A stretch of DNA of 35,843 bases from assembly GCA_964653305.1 (NCBI GenBank), contig CAZZEV010000002.1, positions 1 through 35,843 of the forward strand, read 5' to 3'. Shown here piece by piece: positions 7,255 through 15,740 of this stretch (its first letter is position 1; every line of letters starts with the position of its first letter). A program made the translations under genes and the position numbers. The notes under the pieces are model-generated. The model had not been told where the DNA came from, did not search any database, and saw only the letters and a list, made by a program, of their open reading frames with translations. This DNA comes from an uncultured Cellvibrionaceae bacterium. GTDB taxonomy: Bacteria > Pseudomonadota > Gammaproteobacteria > Pseudomonadales > Cellvibrionaceae.

Positions 7255-9090
7255 ATGAAAATACTAGGACTTTCCGCCTACTATCACGACTCGGCGGCCT
7301 GCTTGGTTATTGATGGGGAAATTGTTGCAGCAGTACAGGAAGAGCGATTCACGCGAAAGAAGCATGATGCTGGATTTCCAGCTCATTCAATTAACTACTG
7401 CCTGCAGGAGGCAAAGATCAAAGCTGCGGATCTAGATTCTGTGGTTTTTTACGACAAGCCTTTCCTTAAATTCGACCGTTTGTTAGAGACTTACTTGGCA
7501 TACGCTCCGAAGGGTTTCGAAAGTTTTGCTGCCTCGTTACCTTTGTGGGCTAAGGACAAGTTATTCCAAAAGATGGTGCTGGTAAATGATTTGAAAAACG
7601 TAATTGATGCGAGAGTGGATTGGATGTCAAAAATGTTGTTCTCTGAGCACCATCTGAGCCACGCGTCTTCAGCCTTCTTTCCCTCGCCGTTTGAAGATGC
7701 TGCTGTATTGACAATGGATGGCGTTGGTGAATGGACAACGACTTCAGTCGCAATAGGTGCAGCAAATCAGCTATCAATTCAAAAAGAAATTCATTTTCCG
7801 CATTCTCTGGGCCTCTTGTATTCTGCTTTTACTTATTATACGGGTTTTAAGGTTAACTCGGGTGAATATAAAGTGATGGGGTTAGCAGCTTACGGTGAAC
7901 CCAGATACGCACAACATATAAAAGAACATTTAATCGACATAAAAGAGGATGGTTCTTTTCATCTTGACATGCAGTATTTTAATTACTGCACTAGTCAGAC
8001 TATGACAAACGATAGGTTCGCCGATATCTTTGGTGGTCCACCGCGGAAGAAAGAGGGCATCCTTACACAACGGGATATGGATCTCGCTGCATCTGTTCAA
8101 TCAGTGACGGAAGAGGTCATGATTAAGCTTGCTAAGGGTATTAGAAAATCGACAGGGCAGAAGAACTTGTGTCTAGCAGGAGGTGTGGCTTTAAATTGCG
8201 TTGCGAATGGAAAACTCTTGCGCGAAAATATTTTTGAAAATATATGGATTCAGCCTGCGTCAGGAGATGCAGGTGGAGCAATAGGTGCGGCACTGGCAGC
8301 TTATTACATGATGTTGGAAAAACCGCGAACGGTAAACACATTGGATTCGATGAAGGGGTCGTACCTTGGTCCTGATTTCAAACAGAGTGATATTGAGGAG
8401 CGGCTAAGAGCATTTGGCGCCGTCTATAGCGTATCAGACGAAGAGTCCGTGATATCCGAGACGGCGCTTGCGCTTGCTAAGGGTAGGGCTGTAGGTTGGC
8501 ACCAAGGCCGAATGGAGTTCGGTCCGCGGGCCTTAGGTGGTCGTTCGATCTTGGCCGATCCGCGTGCGCCATGGGTTCAAAAACAACTAAACCTGAAGGT
8601 GAAATACCGTGAGTCATTTAGGCCCTTTGCTCCAAGCATACTCCGCGAGCATGTGGAGGAATGGTTCGATCTTAACTGTGACAGCCCGTACATGCAAATA
8701 GTCGCTTATCTACAAAAGGATAAGCGTATTGAGATGACAAAAGAGCAGCAGCGGTTGTTCGGAATCGATAAGTTGAACGTGCCTCGTTCCGAAATACCGG
8801 CGGTTACTCACGTTGATTACTCTGCACGTATTCAGACAGTGCATGAAACAACCAACCAAAAATTTTACAGGTTAATCAAAAAATTTCACGAATTGACGGG
8901 TTGTCCTGTGCTTGTAAACACATCGTTTAATGTGCGTGGAGAGCCAATAGTGAATACTCCTGAGGATGCTTTCCGTTGCATGATGGGAACGGAGTTGGAT
9001 TTCTTAGTAGTTGGAAATTGTATTCTTCGTAAAGAAGAGCAAAATTCAAAATTAATGGAAAATTATAAAGACTCATATGAGCTCGATTAA
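7255..9090 (+). CDS. O-carbamoyltransferase, NodU/CmcH/TobZ/SxtI family
   Basis: HDSAA, EERFTRKKH, EHHLSHA, DGVGE, GGVALNCVAN, MEFGPRALGGRS, NLKVKYRESFRPFAP, PAVTHVDYSARIQTV, NTSFN. Confidence 0.95.
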   Translation: MKILGLSAYYHDSAACLVIDGEIVAAVQEERFTRKKHDAGFPAHSINYCLQEAKIKAADLDSVVFYDKPFLKFDRLLETYLAYAPKGFESFAASLPLWAKDKLFQKMVLVNDLKNVIDARVDWMSKMLFSEHHLSHASSAFFPSPFEDAAVLTMDGVGEWTTTSVAIGAANQLSIQKEIHFPHSLGLLYSAFTYYTGFKVNSGEYKVMGLAAYGEPRYAQHIKEHLIDIKEDGSFHLDMQYFNYCTSQTMTNDRFADIFGGPPRKKEGILTQRDMDLAASVQSVTEEVMIKLAKGIRKSTGQKNLCLAGGVALNCVANGKLLRENIFENIWIQPASGDAGGAIGAALAAYYMMLEKPRTVNTLDSMKGSYLGPDFKQSDIEERLRAFGAVYSVSDEESVISETALALAKGRAVGWHQGRMEFGPRALGGRSILADPRAPWVQKQLNLKVKYRESFRPFAPSILREHVEEWFDLNCDSPYMQIVAYLQKDKRIEMTKEQQRLFGIDKLNVPRSEIPAVTHVDYSARIQTVHETTNQKFYRLIKKFHELTGCPVLVNTSFNVRGEPIVNTPEDAFRCMMGTELDFLVVGNCILRKEEQNSKLMENYKDSYELD

Positions 9091-9180
9091 TTTTTTTAGT
9101 CAATTAAAGTTATTTCATGTAGATGGAGTTAGATAGTATGCTGCATACCAGATTAAACTATCTTAACAAGAAGTGATATT

Positions 9181-10257
9181 ATGAAGCGTAAATTAATAAT
9201 CGGTTTGACAATAATGATTGCTGTGGGCGTGGCTGTAGGGATTTACAAAAAAATAAGATATAGATTTGCGGAGTATGAAGAAAATCAAAAGGTTTGGGGG
9301 CTTGTCCCTGAGATGAAGAAATTTGATATGACTGAATTAAGGGGTTCTTGGCCAAAGTATCAGTATGATGTCGATACTGTATTCTCCGAAAAAGCACAAG
9401 CAACTAAATACATTAACATCACAGCCTCGGGGGAAAGGGTCTCATTTGAAAATAGTGGATCTGCTGAGGTAATAATGGTTGGTGGCTCTACAATGTTTGG
9501 GTATGGAGTTCCCGATGATTATACTATCCCGTCTATGTTTAATAAAGCACAGGGTAAATATCATGCGGTTAATTATGGAAGGGGTGGTTATTACTCAGAG
9601 CTTGAAACAAAATTAATACTAAAACTTCTAAGATTAGGTAAAAGACCTGCTGAAATAATTATCCTTGACGGACTGAATGATGGTAAAAAAAATCCATTAT
9701 ATTCAAATGAACTCAGCTTTTTATTCGATTCTTTTAACTATAATAAATATAATTACTTCCTTGCTGGGGTGGGGAGTGTAATGCCTTTGATAAAGCCAAG
9801 AAGCATTGGCATCTATGAAAATCCGAGTTATTATCATGATTTAAATCTCTGGTTTGATTCGTATTTGGATAATATCTCGCAAGTCGCACATCTACAGAAG
9901 GCGTATAAATTTAAAGTAAATGTATTTATCCAGCCCATTCCTGGATTTGATAATGAATTCGCGAAGCATGCTTTACTAATTAATGTTCCGTCTGATTTTC
10001 ACGATTATCAATTTGAGAAATATAAAGTAATAAAAAAAAGAATTGGGGAATTAAAGAAAATTGCAAATGTATGTGATTTATCTGGGTTGTTTTCTGGGTA
10101 TGTGCCTTTTCCGTTTGTCGATGGTACGCATTATACGCCGACAGTAAATGCAATAATAGCAAAACGCATGCTGAAATTCATGGAGCTTGGTGTTTGCGAT
10201 GCTAGTAATACTAAACAAGAGATTGCCCCTGAAATTGCGGCTAAGCTTGGAATTTAA
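9181..10257 (+). CDS. membrane-anchored SGNH/GDSL-fold protein (putative extracytoplasmic acyl/carbamoyl transferase or hydrolase)
   Basis: N-terminal basic residues plus TM (MKRKLIIGLTIMIAVGVAVGIY). Block I MVGGSTMFG, block II NYGRGGY, block III ILDGLND, block V DGTHY. Confidence 0.8.
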   Translation: MKRKLIIGLTIMIAVGVAVGIYKKIRYRFAEYEENQKVWGLVPEMKKFDMTELRGSWPKYQYDVDTVFSEKAQATKYINITASGERVSFENSGSAEVIMVGGSTMFGYGVPDDYTIPSMFNKAQGKYHAVNYGRGGYYSELETKLILKLLRLGKRPAEIIILDGLNDGKKNPLYSNELSFLFDSFNYNKYNYFLAGVGSVMPLIKPRSIGIYENPSYYHDLNLWFDSYLDNISQVAHLQKAYKFKVNVFIQPIPGFDNEFAKHALLINVPSDFHDYQFEKYKVIKKRIGELKKIANVCDLSGLFSGYVPFPFVDGTHYTPTVNAIIAKRMLKFMELGVCDASNTKQEIAPEIAAKLGI

Positions 10258-10407
10258 TTTTATCCGGTATCTTAAAAGAGTCGAGTGTGCTCATTACATA
10301 ACATTAGATCATTCATATGACGCAATTGGTATTGGTTTATGGGCATTAATGATTAGAAGGACGATGGTTAATGCATGCAATCTAGTCAAACGTAGGGGTT
10401 GCTGTTC

Positions 10408-11517
10408 ATGACTGGGGGCTGCATCGCCTTCAGAGTTGATCTCTCTCAGGAAATGGGGGTTGGCCATTTCATGCGCTGTTTGGGTTTGGCTGATGCTTTA
10501 TTGTTCCGTGGTGCGAAGGTCCGATTTGTTTGTCGTGATTTGCCACCTGTGTTTAAAGAAACCCTTCTAGCAGGAGGGCATGAATTAGTACAACTCAGCA
10601 CTAAGCAGGCAGTCACGTCGGTGGACAAAGTGGGGATTTCCTCAGGCTTGGCCCACGCCCACTGGCTTGCCGTTAGCCAAGCACAAGATGCCGATGACAC
10701 CGCCCAGGCCCTTGCGGACCGTGTGTGGGACTGGTTAGTCGTCGACCATTACGCTCTAGATGTGCAATGGGAAAGTCGAGTAAGGCCATCATGCAGGTCT
10801 TTGATGGTCATTGATGACCTAGCTGACCGAACGCACGTCTGCGATTTGTTACTCGACCAAACTTTCGGTCGCGAGGAGGCGGACTACTGCGCCCTTGTGC
10901 CGGCCACCTGCCGGCTGCTCTGTGGCTCAAAATACGCCCTACTGCGTCCCGAATTTGCCGCTATGCGACCATACAGTCTCAAGCGCCGTATACGTCCAGT
11001 TTTGCGCGAGTTACTGATCACCATGGGGGGGGTGGACAAGGACAATGCAACCGGACAAGTATTACAGGCGCTGAGTCGGTGCTCTCTATCTGCAGATATT
11101 TGTATCTCGGTGGTAATGGGGGCGACTGCCCCCTGGTTAGAAGAAGTTCGCAAGCAGGCGCTCGAAATGCCCTGGCCGACCAGAGTGCTGGTCGGTGTTA
11201 GTAACATGGCGCAACTGATAGCCGAAAGCGATCTTGCTATCGGTGCGGGTGGAACGACATCATGGGAGCGGTGTTGCCTTGGCGTACCAACGGTCTTGCT
11301 TGTGCTGGCTGACAACCAACTGAAAGTTGCAGAGGGTTTGGAGCGTAAGGGGGCTGTCGTTCTTGTCAACCAGAGAGAGCAGATGGAAAAGCATTTCGAG
11401 ACACTGTTTGCCATTTTGCTTTCTGAGCCTATAAAAATGCGCAGCATGAGCAAGTCTGCTGCGGCCATTGCTGACGGCACGGGAATGAGCTCTGTCCTGG
11501 CTGTATTGGAGGCCTAA
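10408..11517 (+). CDS. pseG: UDP-2,4-diacetamido-2,4,6-trideoxy-beta-L-altropyranose hydrolase
   Basis: FRVDLSQEMGVGHFMRCL, VVDHYALD, VIDDLADR, YALLRPEF, TMGGVD, GAGGTTSWERCCLGVP. Confidence 0.92.
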   Translation: MTGGCIAFRVDLSQEMGVGHFMRCLGLADALLFRGAKVRFVCRDLPPVFKETLLAGGHELVQLSTKQAVTSVDKVGISSGLAHAHWLAVSQAQDADDTAQALADRVWDWLVVDHYALDVQWESRVRPSCRSLMVIDDLADRTHVCDLLLDQTFGREEADYCALVPATCRLLCGSKYALLRPEFAAMRPYSLKRRIRPVLRELLITMGGVDKDNATGQVLQALSRCSLSADICISVVMGATAPWLEEVRKQALEMPWPTRVLVGVSNMAQLIAESDLAIGAGGTTSWERCCLGVPTVLLVLADNQLKVAEGLERKGAVVLVNQREQMEKHFETLFAILLSEPIKMRSMSKSAAAIADGTGMSSVLAVLEA

Positions 11518-11518
11518 T

Positions 11519-12058
11519 ATGAACGATCAAACTTCAATGCGTGTCCGCAGAATGCTCAAACACGATCTTGAATACGTTCTGTCCTGGCGTAACCACCCTG
11601 GCGTGCGGCAGTTCATGCTCACGCAGCATGAAATAACGGCAATTGAACATCAGGCATGGTTTGATAGTGCATCCAAAGATGCAACACGGGCACTACTTAT
11701 AATTGAGCAGCAAAACCAACCAGTCGGCTGCGTGGTCTTTTCGGGCGTACAGTCAAACGCTACTGCTGACTGGAGTTTTTACTCCTCGCCAGACAGCCCT
11801 GCCGGAACTGGTAAACGAGTTTGCTCAATAGCTCTCGACTTTGTTTTTAAGGAGCTAAACATTCACAAAGTTGCGGGGCAAGTTCTTGACTTTAACATTG
11901 CGTCCATTCGATTGCATCAGCGCCTCGGCTTTATCCAGGAGGGGACTCTCCGAGAGCACATTTTGATTGGCGAAAAACACCACGATCTTCTTTGCTTCGC
12001 AGTCTTATCGAAAGAGTGGATTGCAGGCGAAAGAGATAGACGAGAATTTTATGAATAA
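11519..12058 (+). CDS. pseH: GNAT (RimJ/RimL-type) N-acetyltransferase of the Pse pathway
   Basis: WRNHPGVRQFM..HEI...EH.AWF, WSFY, VLDFNIASIRLHQRLGF..EG. Follows pseG. Confidence 0.88.
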   Translation: MNDQTSMRVRRMLKHDLEYVLSWRNHPGVRQFMLTQHEITAIEHQAWFDSASKDATRALLIIEQQNQPVGCVVFSGVQSNATADWSFYSSPDSPAGTGKRVCSIALDFVFKELNIHKVAGQVLDFNIASIRLHQRLGFIQEGTLREHILIGEKHHDLLCFAVLSKEWIAGERDRREFYE

Positions 12059-12079
12059 TCAAAAAAAAAGGAGCTGAGC

Positions 12080-12757
12080 CTGAAGAAGCAGTACATTTTT
12101 GCGAGTTGCAAGCGCTGGCATCTTCCTTTACTTGAGCAACTGAAAATAGATGTCGCGGCAAACTGGACATATGTTTCTGATAACATGGAATTAGAAGATG
12201 CCCTCGCCAGCACTAATCCAAAATATATTTTCTTTCTACATTGGAACTGGATAGTCCCTGAGAAAATTTGGAGCGCATACGAATGCGTATGCTTTCACAT
12301 GACAGATGTCCCATACGGACGCGGAGGTAGTCCTCTGCAGAACCTGATTCTTGCTGGTTATACACAAACCATGCTTACTGCGCTTCGAATGGTTGAGGAA
12401 ATGGATGCAGGGCCCGTTTATACAAAGAAACCCCTCAGCCTAGATGGATCAGCCGAAGAAATATATCTCCGGGCTGGCAAGCTGAGCATTGAAATAATTA
12501 AATGGATGCTTGATCATAAGCCACAACCTAAACCACAGAAAGGTGAGGTTGTTATTTTTAAGCGTCGCAGGCCTGAACAAAGTAACCTGCCAAATGTCGG
12601 AAATCTAAAAAATGCATTCGATTTTATTCGAATGCTGGATGCAAATGGATACCCGTCCGCTTTCGTTGAATACGGTAACTATCTAATGAATTTTAAAAAA
12701 GCAAAACTTGATGGTGATCGGATTGTAGCCGAAGTTGAAATCAAAATCCAAAAATAA
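12080..12757 (+). CDS. N-formyltransferase (methionyl-tRNA formyltransferase-like); start uncertain
   Basis: FFLHWNWIVP, CVCFHMTDVPYGRGGSPLQNLI, MDAGPVY, DFIRMLDA.GYP.AF. The frame is open back to 12059 and encodes a plausible N-terminus (QYIFASCKRWH). There is a CTG at 12080 with an AAGGAG SD; the first ATG is only at 12185. Confidence 0.82.
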   Translation: MKKQYIFASCKRWHLPLLEQLKIDVAANWTYVSDNMELEDALASTNPKYIFFLHWNWIVPEKIWSAYECVCFHMTDVPYGRGGSPLQNLILAGYTQTMLTALRMVEEMDAGPVYTKKPLSLDGSAEEIYLRAGKLSIEIIKWMLDHKPQPKPQKGEVVIFKRRRPEQSNLPNVGNLKNAFDFIRMLDANGYPSAFVEYGNYLMNFKKAKLDGDRIVAEVEIKIQK

Positions 12758-12777
12758 TACTTAAGCGAAAAATAGAA

Positions 12778-13824
12778 ATGAATATTACTATCAACGGCCG
12801 AGAAATTGGCCCTAATTCTCCGCCGTATATAATTGCCGAGCTTTCAGCAAACCACAACGGAAACATTGAGCGTGCTTTCGAGACAATTAAAGCTGCGCGC
12901 GATCAAGGTGCTGACGCAATCAAGATTCAGACCTACACCGCAGACACAATGACGATTGACTGCGAGAGTGAAGAATTTATGATTCGCGGGGGATTATGGG
13001 ACGGGTTTAAGCTCTACGATTTATATAAATGGGCTGAAACACCGTTTGAATGGCATCAGGCTATTTTCGATTATGCTAAAAGTATAGGAATGACTATATT
13101 CTCTACACCTTTTGATGAATCGGCTGTAGATCTTCTCGAGTCTCTCAATGTCCCTGCGTACAAAATTGCTTCGTTTGAAGCGACAGACTTACCCTTGATT
13201 CGCTATGTCGCGAGCAAAGGCAAGCCAATGATTATGTCAACTGGCATGTGCACGGAGCAGGAAATCGCTGAAGCTGTGAACACGGCGCGTGCCAGCGGTT
13301 GCAAGGAGCTGGTCCTGCTTCATTGCATTAGCAGTTATCCTGCGCCAATGGACCAGGCAAACCTGCTGCAAATGCCGAACCTCGCAGCAAAATTTAAAAG
13401 CATACCCGGTCTATCTGATCATACGTTAGGTACCACGGCTTCCGTTGCTGCTGTGGCACTTGGAGCATGTGTAATCGAAAAGCACTTTACATTAAGCCGC
13501 CAAGATAAGGGGCCGGATAGCGAATTCTCTATAGAACCAGATGAAATGATACGGTTATGCCAAGATACACGAGATGCATGGTCTGCGCTTGGCTGTGCAA
13601 CTTTTGAGCGCCAGCAGGTAGAAGAAGCAAGTAAGCGATATCGACGATCCGTCTATTTTGTCAAGGACATGATAGCGGGGCAGAAGATTACCGAGGCAGA
13701 TATCCGTAGGATTAGGCCGGGCTATGGCCTAGCGCCTAAGAATTTCGAAAAGTTGCTGGGCAGAACAATGCGAGAAAATGTAAAACGAGGTACGGCAGTC
13801 AACTGGGCGCATATCAATGACTAA
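12778..13824 (+). CDS. pseI: pseudaminic acid synthase (NeuB family with C-terminal SAF domain)
   Basis: PYIIAELSANHNG, KIQTYTADTMT, YKIASFE, LLHCISSYPAP, GLSDHTLG, IEKHFTL, RIRPGYGLAP. Confidence 0.95.
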   Translation: MNITINGREIGPNSPPYIIAELSANHNGNIERAFETIKAARDQGADAIKIQTYTADTMTIDCESEEFMIRGGLWDGFKLYDLYKWAETPFEWHQAIFDYAKSIGMTIFSTPFDESAVDLLESLNVPAYKIASFEATDLPLIRYVASKGKPMIMSTGMCTEQEIAEAVNTARASGCKELVLLHCISSYPAPMDQANLLQMPNLAAKFKSIPGLSDHTLGTTASVAAVALGACVIEKHFTLSRQDKGPDSEFSIEPDEMIRLCQDTRDAWSALGCATFERQQVEEASKRYRRSVYFVKDMIAGQKITEADIRRIRPGYGLAPKNFEKLLGRTMRENVKRGTAVNWAHIND

Positions 13825-14491
13825 AATCGTACTGGTTATTGCAGCTCATGCAGATGATGAAGTGCTTGGATGCGGAGGGACAATATCACGTCATGTAGGC
13901 GAAGGTGACATTGTATATACAGTAATTATGGCCGATGGCGTTAGTTCTCGTAAAGAAAATGATAGAAAAGAAATACTAGATCGTACCGCAGCAGCAGAGC
14001 GTGCGCGCGAAATCCTTGGAGTTAAAAAAAATTATTATCTAGAATTTCCCGATAACAAAATGGATAGTATTTGTATGCTCGAAATCATACAGAGACTTGA
14101 GTCTATTGTAGAGGAAATTAGACCAAATATTATTTATACCCATCATCGAGGCGATTTAAATGTTGATCACGTCGTAACACATCAAGCTGTTTTAACGGCA
14201 TGTAGGCCGATTCCCGGAAGTTGCGTTGAAGCAATCTATGCATTTGAAATCATGTCGAGTACGGAATGGGCAGCGCCACAAGTTTCTCCATTTTTACCAA
14301 ATCATTATGTTGACATAACAAATTATCTTATGAAAAAGAGAAGCGCATTGCAGGAATATAATATCGAAATGCGTGAGCAACCGCATTCGAGAAGTATTCA
14401 AAATTTGATGGCACTAGCGCATTTTCGTGGTAATACAATGGGAGTGAATTCTGCGGAGGCATTCATTACCATAAGGACTATAAAAAAATAG
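13817..14491 (+). CDS. PIG-L/LmbE-family N-deacetylase
   Basis: AAHADDEVLGCGG, FPDN, THHRGDLNVDH, SSTEW, AEAF. Confidence 0.9.
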   Translation: MTKIVLVIAAHADDEVLGCGGTISRHVGEGDIVYTVIMADGVSSRKENDRKEILDRTAAAERAREILGVKKNYYLEFPDNKMDSICMLEIIQRLESIVEEIRPNIIYTHHRGDLNVDHVVTHQAVLTACRPIPGSCVEAIYAFEIMSSTEWAAPQVSPFLPNHYVDITNYLMKKRSALQEYNIEMREQPHSRSIQNLMALAHFRGNTMGVNSAEAFITIRTIKK

Positions 14492-14510
14492 CATATAAAA
14501 AGAGGTAGCA

Positions 14511-15740
14511 ATGAGGAAAGGTGATTATATTTATATAATTTATAGAAAATGGAATTTTGAGCCATTCAAATATGCTCTAGGAACTGATAATGTCAAATAT
14601 ATACATGAGATGGACTTAGAGGGTAAACGCGACGATTCTCAGAAACAGTTAGATGGCAAAGAGGTGGAATCCATTATAATGGGTTGTAGGTTGCTGAGGA
14701 ACTTGAATTATGAAGAGGCTAGGCAAAAGATAAATTACGTGGCAGATCAATGGATTAACTTAATGAACATTGAAAGACCAAAATTAGTAATATCTGTAAC
14801 AGTTGACAATTATATATTAGATGTGATTGCAAGAATATGTGAGAAAAATAATATTAAATATTTGGGATTGGTAAATTCTCCGATACCTGGTTATTCTAGG
14901 CTAACAACTCGCGGTAAATTAGAGCAAGGACTTTGGGGGCCAGCACGCACCGAGATAATGGATTTTTATAGAAATAGGCGAAAACCCTCGCACTATGAAG
15001 AAATAAAATTTAAAGTTAAGCTGAAAAAGAGAATTGTAAATTACGCAAGGGAAAAATATTTTAAGATAAAGCATTTATTTGGGGCGAATGATTATCACAC
15101 TATAGTAAATAGCAATTGGGGATCGATCGATAAAGGATATTTAAATGGATCTATTAATGTGGAGGTAAAAGAAAAATACTTCATCCCATTGCAGTTTACG
15201 CCTGAATGCACTGTTGATTATTGGTCGCCAGTATATCCAAATAATGATTACGAGCAATTTATTTGTGATTTAATAAGCAACAATAAAAGTATTAGATTTG
15301 TTCTGAAAGAACATCCGTCATATATGGGGTATAGAAAAAAGAGCTTTATTGAATGGATTAACAAACAAGAAAATTGTGAAGTTATAAGTGTAATGGCTGA
15401 TAATTATGATTTAATATCAAAATGCAAAGCAGTTTGTACGTTGACAGGGACGGTTGGGATTGAAACTGTTATGACGGGCGGTACACTAATTATACTTGGA
15501 GATATTCCGTATTACTTGGACGGATGCAATTCAAGTATTCACATACTAGGTAACGAATTTCATCCTTCTGACGAAATTAAGGAGAGGGTAGTTGAAAATA
15601 TTTCAAAATCATTAATTCGGGGGGGGTTGAAGTTTGAAAAAAAAATTTACGGATGGCGATACAATGAAAATTTAGCAATAGATCTCTCTAAATCACTTAA
15701 TAAATATATTGAGATATACAATGAAGAAAATAAATCTTAA
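14511..15740 (+). CDS. KpsS/Capsule_synth-like protein, putative CMP-nonulosonate (pseudaminyl) transferase
   Basis: C-terminal domain has FIPLQFTPE, LKEHP and TLTGTVGIE, resembling KpsS/KpsC-like CMP-sugar transferases. AT-rich; strong AGAGG SD. Confidence 0.55.
   Translation: MRKGDYIYIIYRKWNFEPFKYALGTDNVKYIHEMDLEGKRDDSQKQLDGKEVESIIMGCRLLRNLNYEEARQKINYVADQWINLMNIERPKLVISVTVDNYILDVIARICEKNNIKYLGLVNSPIPGYSRLTTRGKLEQGLWGPARTEIMDFYRNRRKPSHYEEIKFKVKLKKRIVNYAREKYFKIKHLFGANDYHTIVNSNWGSIDKGYLNGSINVEVKEKYFIPLQFTPECTVDYWSPVYPNNDYEQFICDLISNNKSIRFVLKEHPSYMGYRKKSFIEWINKQENCEVISVMADNYDLISKCKAVCTLTGTVGIETVMTGGTLIILGDIPYYLDGCNSSIHILGNEFHPSDEIKERVVENISKSLIRGGLKFEKKIYGWRYNENLAIDLSKSLNKYIEIYNEENKS

Noticed and set aside
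6690-10257. Saxitoxin or Nod-factor biosynthesis
   Set aside because: There are no sxtA/sxtG/sxtB or nodABC genes; the context is entirely surface polysaccharide.
6474-10292. Loose similarity TCTTAA..G.GT.GAGT..TGCT on both sides of the carbamoyl cassette
   Set aside because: Too short and gapped to be a target-site duplication or att site, and no recombinase or transposase is present.
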